A stretch of 64,000 nt of DNA from Dehalococcoidia bacterium (GCA_963662615.2 CAXXSR010000001.1:1312001-1376000); one strand, 5' to 3'; counted from the first letter of the stretch, positions 28,069 to 39,149 are shown. Numbers and translations: made by a program. The notes: generated from the sequence alone by a model not told the origin.

Positions 28069-31000
28069 ACGAACTCTTCGGCGCCCAGATGAGCGACGTC
28101 CTTGTCGTCATCGTGGCGCTCCTAATCGTCATCGCTGTCGTGATCGCCGCGCTCGCCTTGCGCAACCCGCTCCTCTTCAAGCTCGGCATCCGTAACCTGC
28201 CTCGGCGCCGGTCGCAGACCACGCTGATCGTGTTGGGGCTCACGATCAGCACGCTCATCATCGCGACCGCCTTCACCGTCGGCGACACCCTCGCCAGCAG
28301 CCTCCGCAACACCGCCTTCGAGATCACCGGCCCCATCGACCATGTGATCTTCTTCGATACCGACGCCGGCCGCGCCGTCACCCAGCGTGAGGCGGTCATG
28401 CCCCAGGAAGTGGCCGATGACCTCGCCGCCGAGTTCGCCGATGACGAGCACATTGCGCATTTCATCCGCGTCCTCTTCGATGCCGTGGCGATCCAGAACG
28501 TGACCAAGGCCCAGTCCGATCCCAACCTCTTTCTGCTCGGCCTCGATCCGGCCGAGGTGGACGCCCTCGGTGGCATTCCCGCCCGCGGCGGCGGCGACAT
28601 CCGCCTCGGCGAGCTGCAGGCCGGCAAGATCATCCTCAACGAGTCGGCCGCCAACGCGATCGCCGCCGAGGTCGGCGACCGGGTGCAGCTCCGCGTCCTG
28701 GGCCGCGAGGAGCCCTTCGAGGTCTTCGCCATCGCCGAGGACACCCTCCTCAGCGGCAAGGTTGACATCTCCGAGCCGGCCGGCGCTGTGATCGATCTCC
28801 GCCACGCCCAGGAGGTCTTGGAGCAGCCGAACCTCCTCTCCGGCGTCGGCGTCACGCTCGACGTCACGCTCCGCGACGGCACCGCTGCCGGCCTGAAGTT
28901 CTCGGACGACGTCGACCGCAGGCTCAACGCCTTCCTTGAGCAGCGGGCGCTAGCGGAGGTCGATGGAGAAATAGCGCCCGCGGATCGCATTTACGCCGAT
29001 GCCCAGGGCCGCCCCAACTTCGAGTCCGACCCCTTCAAGGCCGACACCGTTGACGACGCCGAGACCTTCGGCTCCATCTTCACCACCTTCTTCCTCGCCA
29101 TGGGGATGTTCTCGATCGCCGCCGGGACCCTGCTCATCTTCCTCGTCTTCGTGATGCTGGCGGAGGAGCGCAAGACGGAGTTAGGCATCTCTCGCGCCAT
29201 CGGCATGCAGCGCGGACAGCTCGTGCAGTCCTTCCTCGCGGAGGGGCTCGCCTACGACCTCGGCGCCGCCCTGGTTGGCACCGCCGCCGGCATCCTCCTC
29301 GCCTTCGGCATGGTCCAGGTGCTGGACGCCGCCTTCGACGACTTCGGTTTCACCTTCACGCCGCACGTGGAGCCCCGCAGTGTCGCCATCGCGGCCGGCA
29401 TCGGCATCGTGCTGACCTTCCTCACCGTCGTCATCGCGGCCTTCCGCGTCAGCCAGCTCAACATCTCCGCCGCCATCCGCGACATCCCCGAGAGTGGGCC
29501 AATCAGGCGCCGGCGCATCTCCGTGCCGGGGATGTTGACGACGACGATCGGCTTGGTCTTAGTAAGCACCCTCTGGATTCCAGTCCTCAACGCCATCGCC
29601 GGCTTCCTGGTGCTGAACGTCCCAGGCCTGGGCGGAGCCATCCGCCGCCGCGGCTGGGGCGAATGGACGGTGATCACAACCTGGCGTTTGATGCGCTGGC
29701 AGCAGGAGTGGTGGTTCACGTTCCTCGCTTTCGGCTTGGTCCTTGTCGCCTCCGGCCTCGACTCCGAGAGCGCCTTCCTGTACCTGGGCGGCCTCTCCCT
29801 CCTCCCCATCGGACTCCTCCTTCTCGCCCGTCGGCTCGGCCGCGCCGGGCGGATCGCCCACAGCCTCATGGGCGCGCTGATCCTCTTCTTCTGGCTCGCC
29901 CCCTTCGACTGGCACAGCGCAGTGACCGGACGGGAGACCGAGGGCGACATTGAGATGTTCGTCCTCTCCGGCATCATGATGGTCACCAGCGCCACCGTCC
30001 TCGTCATCGTCAACCTCGATCTCCTCGCCGCGACTCTCCGCGCGCCGGCACGCCTCTTCGGTCGCTTCGCCCCCGTCGCCCAGACGGCCGCCGCCTACCC
30101 CACCACCATGCGGTTCCGCACCGGCATGACCGTGGCCATGATCGCCATCATCATGTTCGCCCTCGTCACCTTCACCACCATCAACGCCAACTTCTCCCGC
30201 GCCTTCACCAGCGACGTCGCCACCGGCGGCTTCGACGTCCAATCGGACGCCACCCTCAACGACGACGTCGCCGACCTGCGCGCCGAACTCCAGGCGGCCG
30301 GCGCCGGCGACATCGCTGGCAACCTGGCGTCCGTGGGCCGTCTCCGCATCGCCAGCGCTCTAGGGACAGACGTCGTCACGCTCACGACGCAGCGCTTCGA
30401 CTCGCTCGACGATGACCTGGTGCTGGACGGCTCCGGCAACCCCATCGTCGATCCGGTCGCGGAGGGCGACGACCTCTTCGGCGCCCGTCTCGCCTTCCTC
30501 ACGGGCGCGGATGCGGCCTTCCTGCGCGACAATGAGGTGCGGCTCCAGGCGCGCGCCTTCGGCTTCGATTCCGACGAAGCGGTCTGGCGGGCCCTCCAGG
30601 ACGGCGACGAGCGCTACGCCGTCGTCACCGCGCTCGCCGTCGAGGAGGACGGCGGCTTCGGCGACCTCGACGACGAGAGCTTTCAGATGCCGGACACGAT
30701 CGATGCCGCCTCTGAGCGGATCCCCCGCGTGCGGGTGGAGCTTCAGAACGGCGGCCGCTCCCTGGACGCCACCATCATCGGCGTCGTCGATCAGGTCGTC
30801 GGCGTGACGCAGCCCGCTTTCCCCTTCGTCGCCAGCATCATCGTCAGCGACGCGCTCTTCGATCAGCTCTACGACGGCGCCGACCTCACACGTCACCTCA
30901 GCCGCGTGGGCGACGGCGTCGATCCCCTCGAGACGGCGCAAGCCATCGAAGCCACGCTCCGCATTGAGACGGTCTCCATCACTGACGAGCTGGAAGACCA

Positions 31001-31421
31001 GCAATCGACGTTCCGGGCGATCCTGCGGCTCTTCCAAGGCTTCACCGGCCTGGGCCTGCTCGCCGGCATCGCCGCCCTCGGCGTCATCTCGGTGCGGGCG
31101 GTGGTCGAGCGGCGGCAGCACATCGGCGTGCTCCGCGCCATCGGCTACCGCCGCGGGCTCATCGGCCTGGAACTCATGCTGGAGATGGGCTTCATTGCGA
31201 CCCTGGGGATCGGCATGGGCATCACCCTCGCCCTGGCGCTGGCCTGGCGCCTCTTCGATGAGGGCGTCTTCGGCAGCATCGGCGGGCTCGCCTTCTACGT
31301 GCCGGCCGGCCAGATCGCCATCTTCGCGGCCGCCGCACTGCTCGCCACCCTCATCATGACCTACCTCCCGGCCCGCCAGGCCGCCCGCACCACCATCGCC
31401 GAGGCGCTCCGCTACGAGTGA
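28065..31421 (+). CDS. ABC transporter permease with a duplicated FtsX/MacB domain
   Basis: [13 protein letters not shown] and [13 protein letters not shown]; ends EALRYE. Confidence 0.9.
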   Translation: MNELFGAQMSDVLVVIVALLIVIAVVIAALALRNPLLFKLGIRNLPRRRSQTTLIVLGLTISTLIIATAFTVGDTLASSLRNTAFEITGPIDHVIFFDTDAGRAVTQREAVMPQEVADDLAAEFADDEHIAHFIRVLFDAVAIQNVTKAQSDPNLFLLGLDPAEVDALGGIPARGGGDIRLGELQAGKIILNESAANAIAAEVGDRVQLRVLGREEPFEVFAIAEDTLLSGKVDISEPAGAVIDLRHAQEVLEQPNLLSGVGVTLDVTLRDGTAAGLKFSDDVDRRLNAFLEQRALAEVDGEIAPADRIYADAQGRPNFESDPFKADTVDDAETFGSIFTTFFLAMGMFSIAAGTLLIFLVFVMLAEERKTELGISRAIGMQRGQLVQSFLAEGLAYDLGAALVGTAAGILLAFGMVQVLDAAFDDFGFTFTPHVEPRSVAIAAGIGIVLTFLTVVIAAFRVSQLNISAAIRDIPESGPIRRRRISVPGMLTTTIGLVLVSTLWIPVLNAIAGFLVLNVPGLGGAIRRRGWGEWTVITTWRLMRWQQEWWFTFLAFGLVLVASGLDSESAFLYLGGLSLLPIGLLLLARRLGRAGRIAHSLMGALILFFWLAPFDWHSAVTGRETEGDIEMFVLSGIMMVTSATVLVIVNLDLLAATLRAPARLFGRFAPVAQTAAAYPTTMRFRTGMTVAMIAIIMFALVTFTTINANFSRAFTSDVATGGFDVQSDATLNDDVADLRAELQAAGAGDIAGNLASVGRLRIASALGTDVVTLTTQRFDSLDDDLVLDGSGNPIVDPVAEGDDLFGARLAFLTGADAAFLRDNEVRLQARAFGFDSDEAVWRALQDGDERYAVVTALAVEEDGGFGDLDDESFQMPDTIDAASERIPRVRVELQNGGRSLDATIIGVVDQVVGVTQPAFPFVASIIVSDALFDQLYDGADLTRHLSRVGDGVDPLETAQAIEATLRIETVSITDELEDQQSTFRAILRLFQGFTGLGLLAGIAALGVISVRAVVERRQHIGVLRAIGYRRGLIGLELMLEMGFIATLGIGMGITLALALAWRLFDEGVFGSIGGLAFYVPAGQIAIFAAAALLATLIMTYLPARQAARTTIAEALRYE

Positions 31422-31453
31422 CCGGCCGCCGCCACGCCGTTTCCCGCTCCGCC

Positions 31454-32713
31454 CTACCCCAACACCTCCGACGCCACCAAATCCGCCACCTCATCCTCGC
31501 TATAGCCCAGGATCCGCGTCGCCACCTCCCACGTGTGCTCGCCGAACAGCGGCGCCGCCCGCGTCAGTTCGCCTGCTGTGCCGTGAAGCCTTACGGCCGG
31601 CCCGTCGTAGGCGCTGCGACCGGTCTCGGGATGGTCCAAATACACGTAGTAGCCCCGCTCGCGCAGGTGCTCGTCGTGCTCCAGCATGTCCTCCGCGTCG
31701 TGGACCACGCCGGACGGCACGCCCGCCTCTTGCAGCCGCTGGACCAGCGGAAAGGCCTCCTCCGACACCGTCCACCCGCCGATCCCCTCCTCCAGCGCAT
31801 CCTCGTCCCGCCTGCGGCCCAGGATCGTCGTAAAGCGCTCGTCCTGTGTGAACGGCTGCCCCGCCGCCACCCGACGAAGCCCCTGCCACTCGGCGTCGTC
31901 CCCCACGGCGATAACGATCCAGCGTTCGCGCTCCGGCTCTTGGTTCGGCCCCGGCGGGTGCCGGCGCGGCTCGTCCCGACAGCGAAACGCTCCATGCGGC
32001 GCCATCCAGGTCGAACGGTTGCCGTTCCGCCTCTGCACGCGACCGTTGACCGCGTAGTCCATCAGCGCCGGCCCGATCGTCGCCGCCACCGATTCGATCT
32101 GAGCCAGCTCGATCATCTGGCCCTCGCCCGTCCGCTCCCGATGCCGCAACGCCGCCGCGATCGCCACGACCATGTGGCCGGGGTTGATCCCGTAGTCCGG
32201 ATAGTTCGTCCCCACCCCGAACGGCGGCCGCTGTGGGAATCCGCTCAGAAAGCTCAGGCCGCTCGCCGGCGTCAGGAGTGCGCCGAAGCCCAAGAAATCG
32301 CGACGCGGGCCGCTCAGCCCCTGCATCGGCGCATACGCCGCGATGATCCGAGGGTTGACGGCGCGCAGCGCCTCGTAGCCGAGGTCCCACTGCGCGATGG
32401 CGCGCGGCGTGAAGTTCGTCAGGAAGACGTCGCTGCGCTCAATCAGTCGCAGCGCTACGGCTCGCCCCCCCGGCGCTCGCACGTTCAGCAGGAACGACAG
32501 CTTGTCCGCGTTAAAGTTGTTGAAGAAGCCGCTGACGTTGTAGCCCTCCTTGCCGGCCGGCACCGGCTGCGTCATGCGCAATCCATCTACGCGCGCCTCG
32601 CTCTCCACCCGCACCACTTCCGCCCCGAACGCGGCCAGCGTGCGCCCGGCGATCGGCCCGGTCCCGAACCAGGAGAAGTCGGCGACACGAATCCCTTCCA
32701 GCGGTCCGCTCAC
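31454..32713 (-). CDS. Class III CoA-transferase, Asp-containing subunit
   Basis: PLEGIRVADFSW, GAEVVRVES, NYPDYG; GTGA overlap with the upstream gene. Confidence 0.88.
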   Translation of the reverse strand: MSGPLEGIRVADFSWFGTGPIAGRTLAAFGAEVVRVESEARVDGLRMTQPVPAGKEGYNVSGFFNNFNADKLSFLLNVRAPGGRAVALRLIERSDVFLTNFTPRAIAQWDLGYEALRAVNPRIIAAYAPMQGLSGPRRDFLGFGALLTPASGLSFLSGFPQRPPFGVGTNYPDYGINPGHMVVAIAAALRHRERTGEGQMIELAQIESVAATIGPALMDYAVNGRVQRRNGNRSTWMAPHGAFRCRDEPRRHPPGPNQEPERERWIVIAVGDDAEWQGLRRVAAGQPFTQDERFTTILGRRRDEDALEEGIGGWTVSEEAFPLVQRLQEAGVPSGVVHDAEDMLEHDEHLRERGYYVYLDHPETGRSAYDGPAVRLHGTAGELTRAAPLFGEHTWEVATRILGYSEDEVADLVASEVLG

Positions 32714-33987
32714 AGCGCCCCCTCCGACGCGTAGACCGGCAAGTCCTCGGGGGGGATGCCTACCTCCTGGACCCAGACCTCCAGGTTGTGCTCCCCCACC
32801 GCTGGCGGCGGCCGCCGGTACGCCACCGGCGTCGCTGAGAGCCGGTAGGGCGGCCCCGGGTACCGCACGGCCTCGCCCCGTTGCTGCAGCGTCACGAACC
32901 AGTCCCGTGCAATCAGCTGCGGATCCTCCACCAGCTCCTTCGGCGACGCCACAATGCCAATGAGCAGCCGTCGGCGCTGGCCCTCCTCGTAGCACTCTGC
33001 GCAGCTCTTCCCTGCGAAGAACCGGCCGATCACCTCCTGCGCCCGATCCATGATCGGCCGTAACGCCGTCAGCGCCTCCGGGTTGCCAATGGCCGCGGTC
33101 AGCGTCCGCAGGTCCAGCGTCCCCAGCTTCTCCGCGTACTGCGGCTCCGTCAGCTCCTCCGCTTTCCCCTCTTCCGCCATCCAGTCGCGTAGCGCGCTCC
33201 ACGGCGCGCCGAAGCCTGGGACCCCCACCATCGCGCAGATGTAGCCGTCCTGCGTCTTGTACGTGCCCATACCCGGCATGCGGATGAAATCGCCTCGACG
33301 CTCGCGGGCAACCTTCGTGAAATCCCACGTCTGCATCGCCGTCTCCTGGCAGATAGCCAGCGCCTCCTGCATCGACACCTCGACCAGCTGGCCCTGCCCG
33401 CCCCGCTCCTTGTGGAAGAGCGCCAGCGTGGCGCCCTGCGCCGCTGCGATCGACGCCGCAATGTAGCCCTGATTCCCGTAGATCTGGTTGGGCGGATCGG
33501 CGGGGTCGCCCGCCAGCGTCATCACTCCGGACATCGCCAGGCCCACAATGTCGGTTGCGCGCCAGCGCGCGTGCGGCCCTTCCAGGCCGAACCCGGTGAC
33601 GCTCACGTAGACCAGATCCGGCTTCGCCGCCCGCAGCGCCTCATAGCCAATGCCGCGGGCCTCCATATGTCCCGGCCCGAACGTCTCCAGGACCACATCC
33701 GCCGTTTTGGCCAGCTCCCGCAAGAGATGCTGCCCGTCGTGCTGGTCAATGTCGCACGTCACCGAGCGCTTGTTGGCATTGAAGTACCAGTACGACAGGC
33801 TCGTTTCCCGCCCCACCTCGTCGCGGAAGAACGGGCCCATCCCGCGCGCCGGATCGCCCCCCGGCAGCTCCACCTTGATCACGTCGGCGCCAAGATCGGC
33901 CAGCAGCTTGCCGCAGTAGTGCCCCATCTCCGATGTGAGATCCAGGACTCGAATGCCGTCCAGCGCGCCCGCGGGCGAGTTCGCCAT
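32710..33987 (-). CDS. Class III CoA-transferase-like subunit lacking the catalytic Asp
   Basis: LDGIRVLDL, GADVIKVE, NANKRS; NQGYIAA at the Asp-equivalent site. Confidence 0.88.
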   Translation of the reverse strand: MANSPAGALDGIRVLDLTSEMGHYCGKLLADLGADVIKVELPGGDPARGMGPFFRDEVGRETSLSYWYFNANKRSVTCDIDQHDGQHLLRELAKTADVVLETFGPGHMEARGIGYEALRAAKPDLVYVSVTGFGLEGPHARWRATDIVGLAMSGVMTLAGDPADPPNQIYGNQGYIAASIAAAQGATLALFHKERGGQGQLVEVSMQEALAICQETAMQTWDFTKVARERRGDFIRMPGMGTYKTQDGYICAMVGVPGFGAPWSALRDWMAEEGKAEELTEPQYAEKLGTLDLRTLTAAIGNPEALTALRPIMDRAQEVIGRFFAGKSCAECYEEGQRRRLLIGIVASPKELVEDPQLIARDWFVTLQQRGEAVRYPGPPYRLSATPVAYRRPPPAVGEHNLEVWVQEVGIPPEDLPVYASEGAL

Positions 33988-34180
33988 CCCTCACCGCTCC
34001 GCCGGCATCGTCGCCTGCCGGCTCAATGCGTGCATACGGCCGTAGCGCTCCCCGCGCCCGCGGAGTGGAACGACATCCCCATGGCAGCGGCGTGCGGTCC
34101 TCAGTATGTCCCATCCCGCCGCCACCGGGGCGCTGCACCATCCCATCGAAGAGCGCTGCGACCGTTGCTACACTGGACGT

Positions 34181-34327
34181 ATGCGGTGGCGGCGCAGGCT
34201 TGGCTTCGCGATGGGCGGGTTGCTCCTCCTTCTCATCGTGATCATCCTGATCAACAGCGGCTTGGGCGTGGACAGCGACGAAACGATCACGGACCGCAAT
34301 CGGCCCGAGATCGTCGGTGAGCGGTAG
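34181..34327 (+). CDS. Small single-TM protein, 48 aa
   Basis: MRWRRR followed by a hydrophobic helix; TGcTACACT lies 6 nt before the ATG. Confidence 0.55.
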   Translation: MRWRRRLGFAMGGLLLLLIVIILINSGLGVDSDETITDRNRPEIVGER

Positions 34328-34369
34328 TCGGGGCCCCACGATCTGAGGGGCCCGTCAGGGGGCGGAACG

Positions 34370-34678
34370 ATGCCCACAGTGACCGTTCAGCCGGCCGGCA
34401 TCCCCTTCGAGGTGCCCGTTGGCCGCACCGTCATGGAAGTCGCCCGCGAGCAGGGCTACTACTGGCCCACGCAGTGCAACATGGCCTGCCAGTGCGCCAC
34501 CTGCTTCTTCATCGTCGTGGAAGGCGCGGAGAACCTCTCGCCCATGGGTCGCGCCGAAAGGGCGGCCCTGATCGAACAGCGCGGCCGCCACGCCCTGGCA
34601 CAGCCCGTCCGCCTGGCCTGCCAAGCGCGCGTCCACGGCGATGTCGTCGTCCGCAAGCACGGCGTGAGGCGGGACTAA
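34370..34678 (+). CDS. 2Fe-2S ferredoxin
   Basis: C...CATC...RLACQ. Confidence 0.88.
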   Translation: MPTVTVQPAGIPFEVPVGRTVMEVAREQGYYWPTQCNMACQCATCFFIVVEGAENLSPMGRAERAALIEQRGRHALAQPVRLACQARVHGDVVVRKHGVRRD

Positions 34679-34720
34679 GCGGGCGCGATATCGGCACTGC
34701 TCGCCCTTCCCTTCTCAGCC

Positions 34721-34740
34721 ATAGAACCAGTCGATATACT
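34721..34740 (+). promoter_or_regulatory. LysR T-N11-A box overlapping the -10 TATACT
   Basis: ATAGaaccagtCGAT followed by TATACT upstream of the LysR gene. Confidence 0.4.
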
Positions 34741-34812
34741 CAGCCCCCAACCTTGGACTCCATGGGCGTCGACCTCGGTCCTGAGGGCCCGCGACGCGGC
34801 GACGGCAACTCA

Positions 34813-35775
34813 ATGGAACTCGGTCGCTTGGAAGCGTTCGTTCAGGTTGCGAACCTGCTCTCCTTCTCCAGGGCCGCGGACGCGCTCTTCCTCACCCAAC
34901 CCACCGTCACCGCGCGCATTCAGGCGCTGGAACGCGAGCTGGGCGAGCCGCTCTTTGAGCGCACCGGCCGTGCCGTCCGCCTCACCGACGCCGGCAGGGA
35001 GTTCCTCCCGCATGTCCAACGCGCTCTCCAGGCCGTCAAAGACGGCAACGATGCCATCGCCAGCGCGCGCGACGTCGAGCGCGGAACGCTCTCCGTCGGC
35101 ACAGCTCCCACCATCGGTGCCTACGTCCTGCCGGCGCTGCTGCAGCAGTTCGCCGCACGCTACCCCGGCGTGGAGATCTCGATCCGCACCGGTCGCTCCG
35201 ACGAGATTCTGGAAATGCTCCTCGCGGACGAGGTCCAAGTCGGCATCGAGCGCCATCGCACCCATGCCGACATCACGACCGTCGCCCTCTATGAGGACGA
35301 CATCTACCTCGTCGCGAGCTCGGATCACCCCATTGTGCAGCCGGGCGCCGTCACGGTGCCGCGGATCGGGCGCGAAGCCGTCATCTTTTTCGACGTCGGC
35401 TCCTCCTATCACGCCATCAGCCAGGCCATCTTCCACGACGCCGGCGTGACCCCTCGCCATACCCTGGAGGTCGATAGCCTGGAGATGGCCAAGCACTTGG
35501 TGCTGAAGGGGCTGGGACTGGCGTTCCTGCCGCGCGTCGCCGTGGAGCACGACCTAGCCGAGGGCAGTCTGGTCCGCGTGGAAATCGAAGGCCGTCCGCC
35601 CCTGCGCCGGCAGATCGCGCTGATGTACCGCCAGCGACGGCTTCAGAGCCGCTCCATGCTGGCCTTCTTTGATCTGCTCAATGAGATCTATCGTGTCGCT
35701 TCCCCCGACTCCGCGGACGGTGCAGCGCCGGCGGCAGAGCCGGCCCGGCCGCTCGCCCCCGTCCGACGCGACTAA
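34813..35775 (+). CDS. LysR family transcriptional regulator
   Basis: SFSRAA..L.LTQP..I..LE.ELG..LFER. Confidence 0.93.
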   Translation: MELGRLEAFVQVANLLSFSRAADALFLTQPTVTARIQALERELGEPLFERTGRAVRLTDAGREFLPHVQRALQAVKDGNDAIASARDVERGTLSVGTAPTIGAYVLPALLQQFAARYPGVEISIRTGRSDEILEMLLADEVQVGIERHRTHADITTVALYEDDIYLVASSDHPIVQPGAVTVPRIGREAVIFFDVGSSYHAISQAIFHDAGVTPRHTLEVDSLEMAKHLVLKGLGLAFLPRVAVEHDLAEGSLVRVEIEGRPPLRRQIALMYRQRRLQSRSMLAFFDLLNEIYRVASPDSADGAAPAAEPARPLAPVRRD

Positions 35776-35843
35776 CCCTGGCGGGGCACGGCCAATCCCT
35801 GTCCATCCGCGCAGAGCGCCGGCACTCCCTCGTGCCCGCTTCG

Positions 35844-36815
35844 CTAGCCGGAGCCCGAGCGCGCCTTCTTCCCGGCCGCCTTCTTGGCCGCCCCCGTCGC
35901 AGCATCCTTCGCCTTCGGGATCCGCGGCATTCGCGTCCCGTCGCGCAGAGCCTGCAGGATCTTCACGTTGAGCGCGTCCGGCCCTTTCCCTTCGAACCCA
36001 GGCACCTCAAGGAGCCAGGGAACGCGGGCGAAGGCCGGATGGCGGATCACGCCCTCGAATCCGCTCAGGCCAATCGATCCTCGGCCAATGTTCTCGTGCC
36101 GGTCCTTGCCGGATTGAAACGGCGTCTTGGAATCGTTCGCGTGCACGGCGACAAGCTGGTCCAGCCCAATCTCCCTCTCGAACTCCGTCATCGCCAGCTC
36201 AAACAATTCCTTCTCCACCAGGTTGTACCCGGCGGAATGGGCATGGCACGTGTCCAGGCAGACCTTGACCTGCTTGTCGCCAACGCCGTCCATGATCGCA
36301 CCGATCTCGGCAAAGCTGGAGCCCACGCTGTTGCCGGTGCCGGCGTTATTCTCAATGCAGAGCCACACGTCGTCCGGCGACTCCGCCAGCACGCGCTTCA
36401 TCGCCTCCACCATCGGCGCCAGCACGGCCTCGAAGCCCAGGCCCTTGTGGCTGCCCACGTGAAAGATGACCCCGGCGATGCCCAGCGCCGATCCCAGCCG
36501 CATGTCGGCGATGAGGGCATCGACGCCCTTCTCCACCAACTCCGCGTCGGCGCTGGCCAGGTTGACCAGATAGACCCCGTGAATGAAGTTGGGCCCAATC
36601 TCCGCCGCCGCCATCCCCTCGCGGAACGCCGCGATCTCCTCCTCCTTGTGCGTCTTGCGCCGCCATTGCTGCGGCGCCGCCCCGAAGATCTGCACCGCCT
36701 CCGCCCCCACGTCGCGCGCGTTCTCCACCGCGACGTCAATATGCCCCGCCGTGGACACGTGCGCGCCGATTCGCGGCCCCTTCGTCTTCCTCCCCGCGGC
36801 CCCTGTGCCCGGCAT
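35844..36815 (-). CDS. nfo: Endonuclease IV
   Basis: IGAHVS, HGVYLVNL, ENNAG, CLDTCH, HANDS, DRHENIG. Confidence 0.93.
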   Translation of the reverse strand: MPGTGAAGRKTKGPRIGAHVSTAGHIDVAVENARDVGAEAVQIFGAAPQQWRRKTHKEEEIAAFREGMAAAEIGPNFIHGVYLVNLASADAELVEKGVDALIADMRLGSALGIAGVIFHVGSHKGLGFEAVLAPMVEAMKRVLAESPDDVWLCIENNAGTGNSVGSSFAEIGAIMDGVGDKQVKVCLDTCHAHSAGYNLVEKELFELAMTEFEREIGLDQLVAVHANDSKTPFQSGKDRHENIGRGSIGLSGFEGVIRHPAFARVPWLLEVPGFEGKGPDALNVKILQALRDGTRMPRIPKAKDAATGAAKKAAGKKARSGSG

Positions 36816-36962
36816 GTCCCTACCTCCACGCGGGCGCCACCTGCTCGCCCGCCCACCACGCACGTCGCAGTGGTAGCCTCTCGGCGCGACGCGCGTTTCG
36901 ACGTCGCAATAGCACCGGCGAGTCTAGCAACTCGTCCACGGGCATGGAGAAATGAGGGCCCC

Positions 36963-37658
36963 GTGAACGACTCCCCGAGCACGCAGGCAGCGCTCCAGGT
37001 CACGATCCCCAGCGACCGGGGCCCCATCGCCGCGCTCTTCCACGACTGCGAACCGGCGCACGGGACCGTCCTGACGGTCGCCGGCCTCAGCGGCGGCTTC
37101 GACGGCCCCGCCAACGGCCTCTACGGCGATCTCGCCGACGCGCTCTCACAGCGCAACATCGCCCTGCTCCGCCTCGACTACCGCATCAAGCGCACGGGTC
37201 CCATTGACGACGGCACCTCCGACGTCCTCGCCGGCATCCATTGGCTGCAGCAACGCGACCGCGGCCCCGTCCTCCTCGTTGGCCACTCGTACGGCGGCGC
37301 CATCGTCGTCCGCGCCGGTCTGCGCTCGTCGGCGGTCGCCGGTGTGGCGGCGCTGGCCACGCAGACGGCCGGCATTGAGGACGTCGCCCAGCTCAGTCCG
37401 CGATCGCTGCTGCTCATCCACGGCCTGGCGGACGACCGCCTGCCCCCCGGCCTTTCCCATGCGGTCCATGCACGGGCGCGCGAACCGAAGTCGCTGCACC
37501 TGCTCGAAGGCGTCGGACATTCCCTGCGCGAGCAGCCCGACGCCGTCCGCTCTCTCCTGCTGAACTGGTGCGACGAGACGCTGCCGGCGCTGGAGCCCCC
37601 TCCCCCATCCACTGGGGGCATGACAGAGGGCACGGCCTCCCCGGCCCCACCCACCTAG
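36963..37658 (+). CDS. Alpha/beta hydrolase
   Basis: GHSYGG, IHG..D, GH. Confidence 0.8.
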   Translation: MNDSPSTQAALQVTIPSDRGPIAALFHDCEPAHGTVLTVAGLSGGFDGPANGLYGDLADALSQRNIALLRLDYRIKRTGPIDDGTSDVLAGIHWLQQRDRGPVLLVGHSYGGAIVVRAGLRSSAVAGVAALATQTAGIEDVAQLSPRSLLLIHGLADDRLPPGLSHAVHARAREPKSLHLLEGVGHSLREQPDAVRSLLLNWCDETLPALEPPPPSTGGMTEGTASPAPPT

Positions 37659-37734
37659 CGATCGCCTCCATCGCCACCAGCGTCGCCTCCATCGCCAGCG
37701 CCTCCACTAGCATCGCCGCTATCGCGAAAGACCC

Positions 37735-37959
37735 TCAATCGCGAAAGACGATGTCGGCGTCCTCTTCCACGTAGACCCGGTCGCCAATCCGGACCGGCAG
37801 CGGCCCGTGTAGATCCAGGAGGACGCGGGCCTCCAGCTGATCGACGCCGTTCAACCGCACCAGTGGAAACCCGGGCTGCCCCCGTCCCAGCCCCACGATC
37901 TCAATGCGGTCGCGCCGCCCCTCTTCGCGGGCACCCAGAGACGGCGGATCGTTGGTCAC
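37735..37959 (-). CDS. Small hypothetical protein, 74 aa
   Basis: Protein-like composition; CACACT lies 6 nt before the GTG. Confidence 0.45.
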   Translation of the reverse strand: MTNDPPSLGAREEGRRDRIEIVGLGRGQPGFPLVRLNGVDQLEARVLLDLHGPLPVRIGDRVYVEEDADIVFRD

Positions 37960-38005
37960 AGCGGGAGTGTGCGCTACCCTCCCCAGGCCGTCAACGTAAA
38001 CCGCG

Positions 38006-38470
38006 ATGCGCATGGCCGTCATCGAAACCGTCCCCTCCCGCGAAGTACAACTGGCGCTCGAGCCCAGCGTTTCCGCTGCGGCCCGCGCCGCCCTTCGCGC
38101 CGGCGCGACGCTGTTCGACGCCCGTCGCTTCTGGGACGCGCACGAGGCCTGGGAAGAGATCTGGCAAGCCGAGAGCAGACCCATCCGCTCCTTCTACCAA
38201 GGGCTCATCCAGATCGCCGCGGGATATCACCACTGGACCGTCACCCGCCGCCCCAACGGCGTCCAGATCCTCCTCGCAGCGGCGACCGGCAAGCTCTCCT
38301 GGTACCGCCCCGCCTACCTCGATGTGGACGTCGACGCGATCGTCGCCGACGCCGAGCGGATGCGGGGCCGGGCCCGCGGCAAGGACGCCGCCTGGCTGAC
38401 GGCGCTCCCCTCTGACGAGATGCCGCCCTTCCGCTGGCTGCCGACCGCGCCCCCAGCGGCGACGGCCTGA
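38006..38470 (+). CDS. DUF309 family protein
   Basis: FWDAHEAWEEIW, YQGLIQIAAG. Confidence 0.85.
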   Translation: MRMAVIETVPSREVQLALEPSVSAAARAALRAGATLFDARRFWDAHEAWEEIWQAESRPIRSFYQGLIQIAAGYHHWTVTRRPNGVQILLAAATGKLSWYRPAYLDVDVDAIVADAERMRGRARGKDAAWLTALPSDEMPPFRWLPTAPPAATA

Positions 38471-38929
38471 GTGCCCTCCATGCCCGCTCAGCCATCCCTG
38501 CGCGTCAAACGTCTCCGCCCCACCGCCAGCCTCCCCCAACGCGCGACCCCACACAGCTCGGGGCTGGACGTCTACGCCGACTTGGGCCAGACGGACGCGA
38601 TGCTGGAGCTGACCGCCACGCCCACCCTGGTTCCCACCGGCATCGCCTTGGAGGTGCCGCCGGGCTACGAGGTGCAGGTACGCCCCCGCTCGGGCCTCTC
38701 CCGGCTGGGCGTTGACGTCGCCTTCGGCACGGTCGATGCCGACTACCGCGGTGAGCTCAAGGTGAACATGGCGCTGCGCGGGGACGCCCGCCGGCGCTTC
38801 GTCATCCGTCACGGCCAACGCATCGCGCAGATCGTCGTCGCTCCCCTGCTCCTCACCGACGTGGAGGAGGTGGACCACCTCACCCCCACCGAGCGCGGCG
38901 CTGGCGGGTTCGGCTCCAGCGGCCGCTAG
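38471..38929 (+). CDS. dut: dUTP diphosphatase
   Basis: GLDV, VRPRSGL, GTVDADYRGE, RIAQ, RGAGGFGSSG. Confidence 0.95.
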   Translation: MPSMPAQPSLRVKRLRPTASLPQRATPHSSGLDVYADLGQTDAMLELTATPTLVPTGIALEVPPGYEVQVRPRSGLSRLGVDVAFGTVDADYRGELKVNMALRGDARRRFVIRHGQRIAQIVVAPLLLTDVEEVDHLTPTERGAGGFGSSGR

Positions 38930-39149
38930 CCCGCGCCCAGCGCTGTGACGTCGCGCAGCTACGCGGATCGTCGCCGCAACGCCCGCCCCGCTGACGATGC
39001 CGGAACCTTTCGCCGCCGGCCATCGTTTGATCGGGTGAAGCCCGCTGATCGGCTGACGAGATGGTCGACGCGCCCGTGCCCGCCCCGGCGCTGAAGGCCA
39101 AAGCGCGCTAAGGTGGCTGGTGGTGGCAGGGGTCGGCGCGGAGGCAGTA

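Noticed and set aside
37661-37726. Short repeats here and at 41401-41437 and 50697-50732 as a CRISPR array
   Set aside because: Short tandem units without unique spacers; no cas genes.
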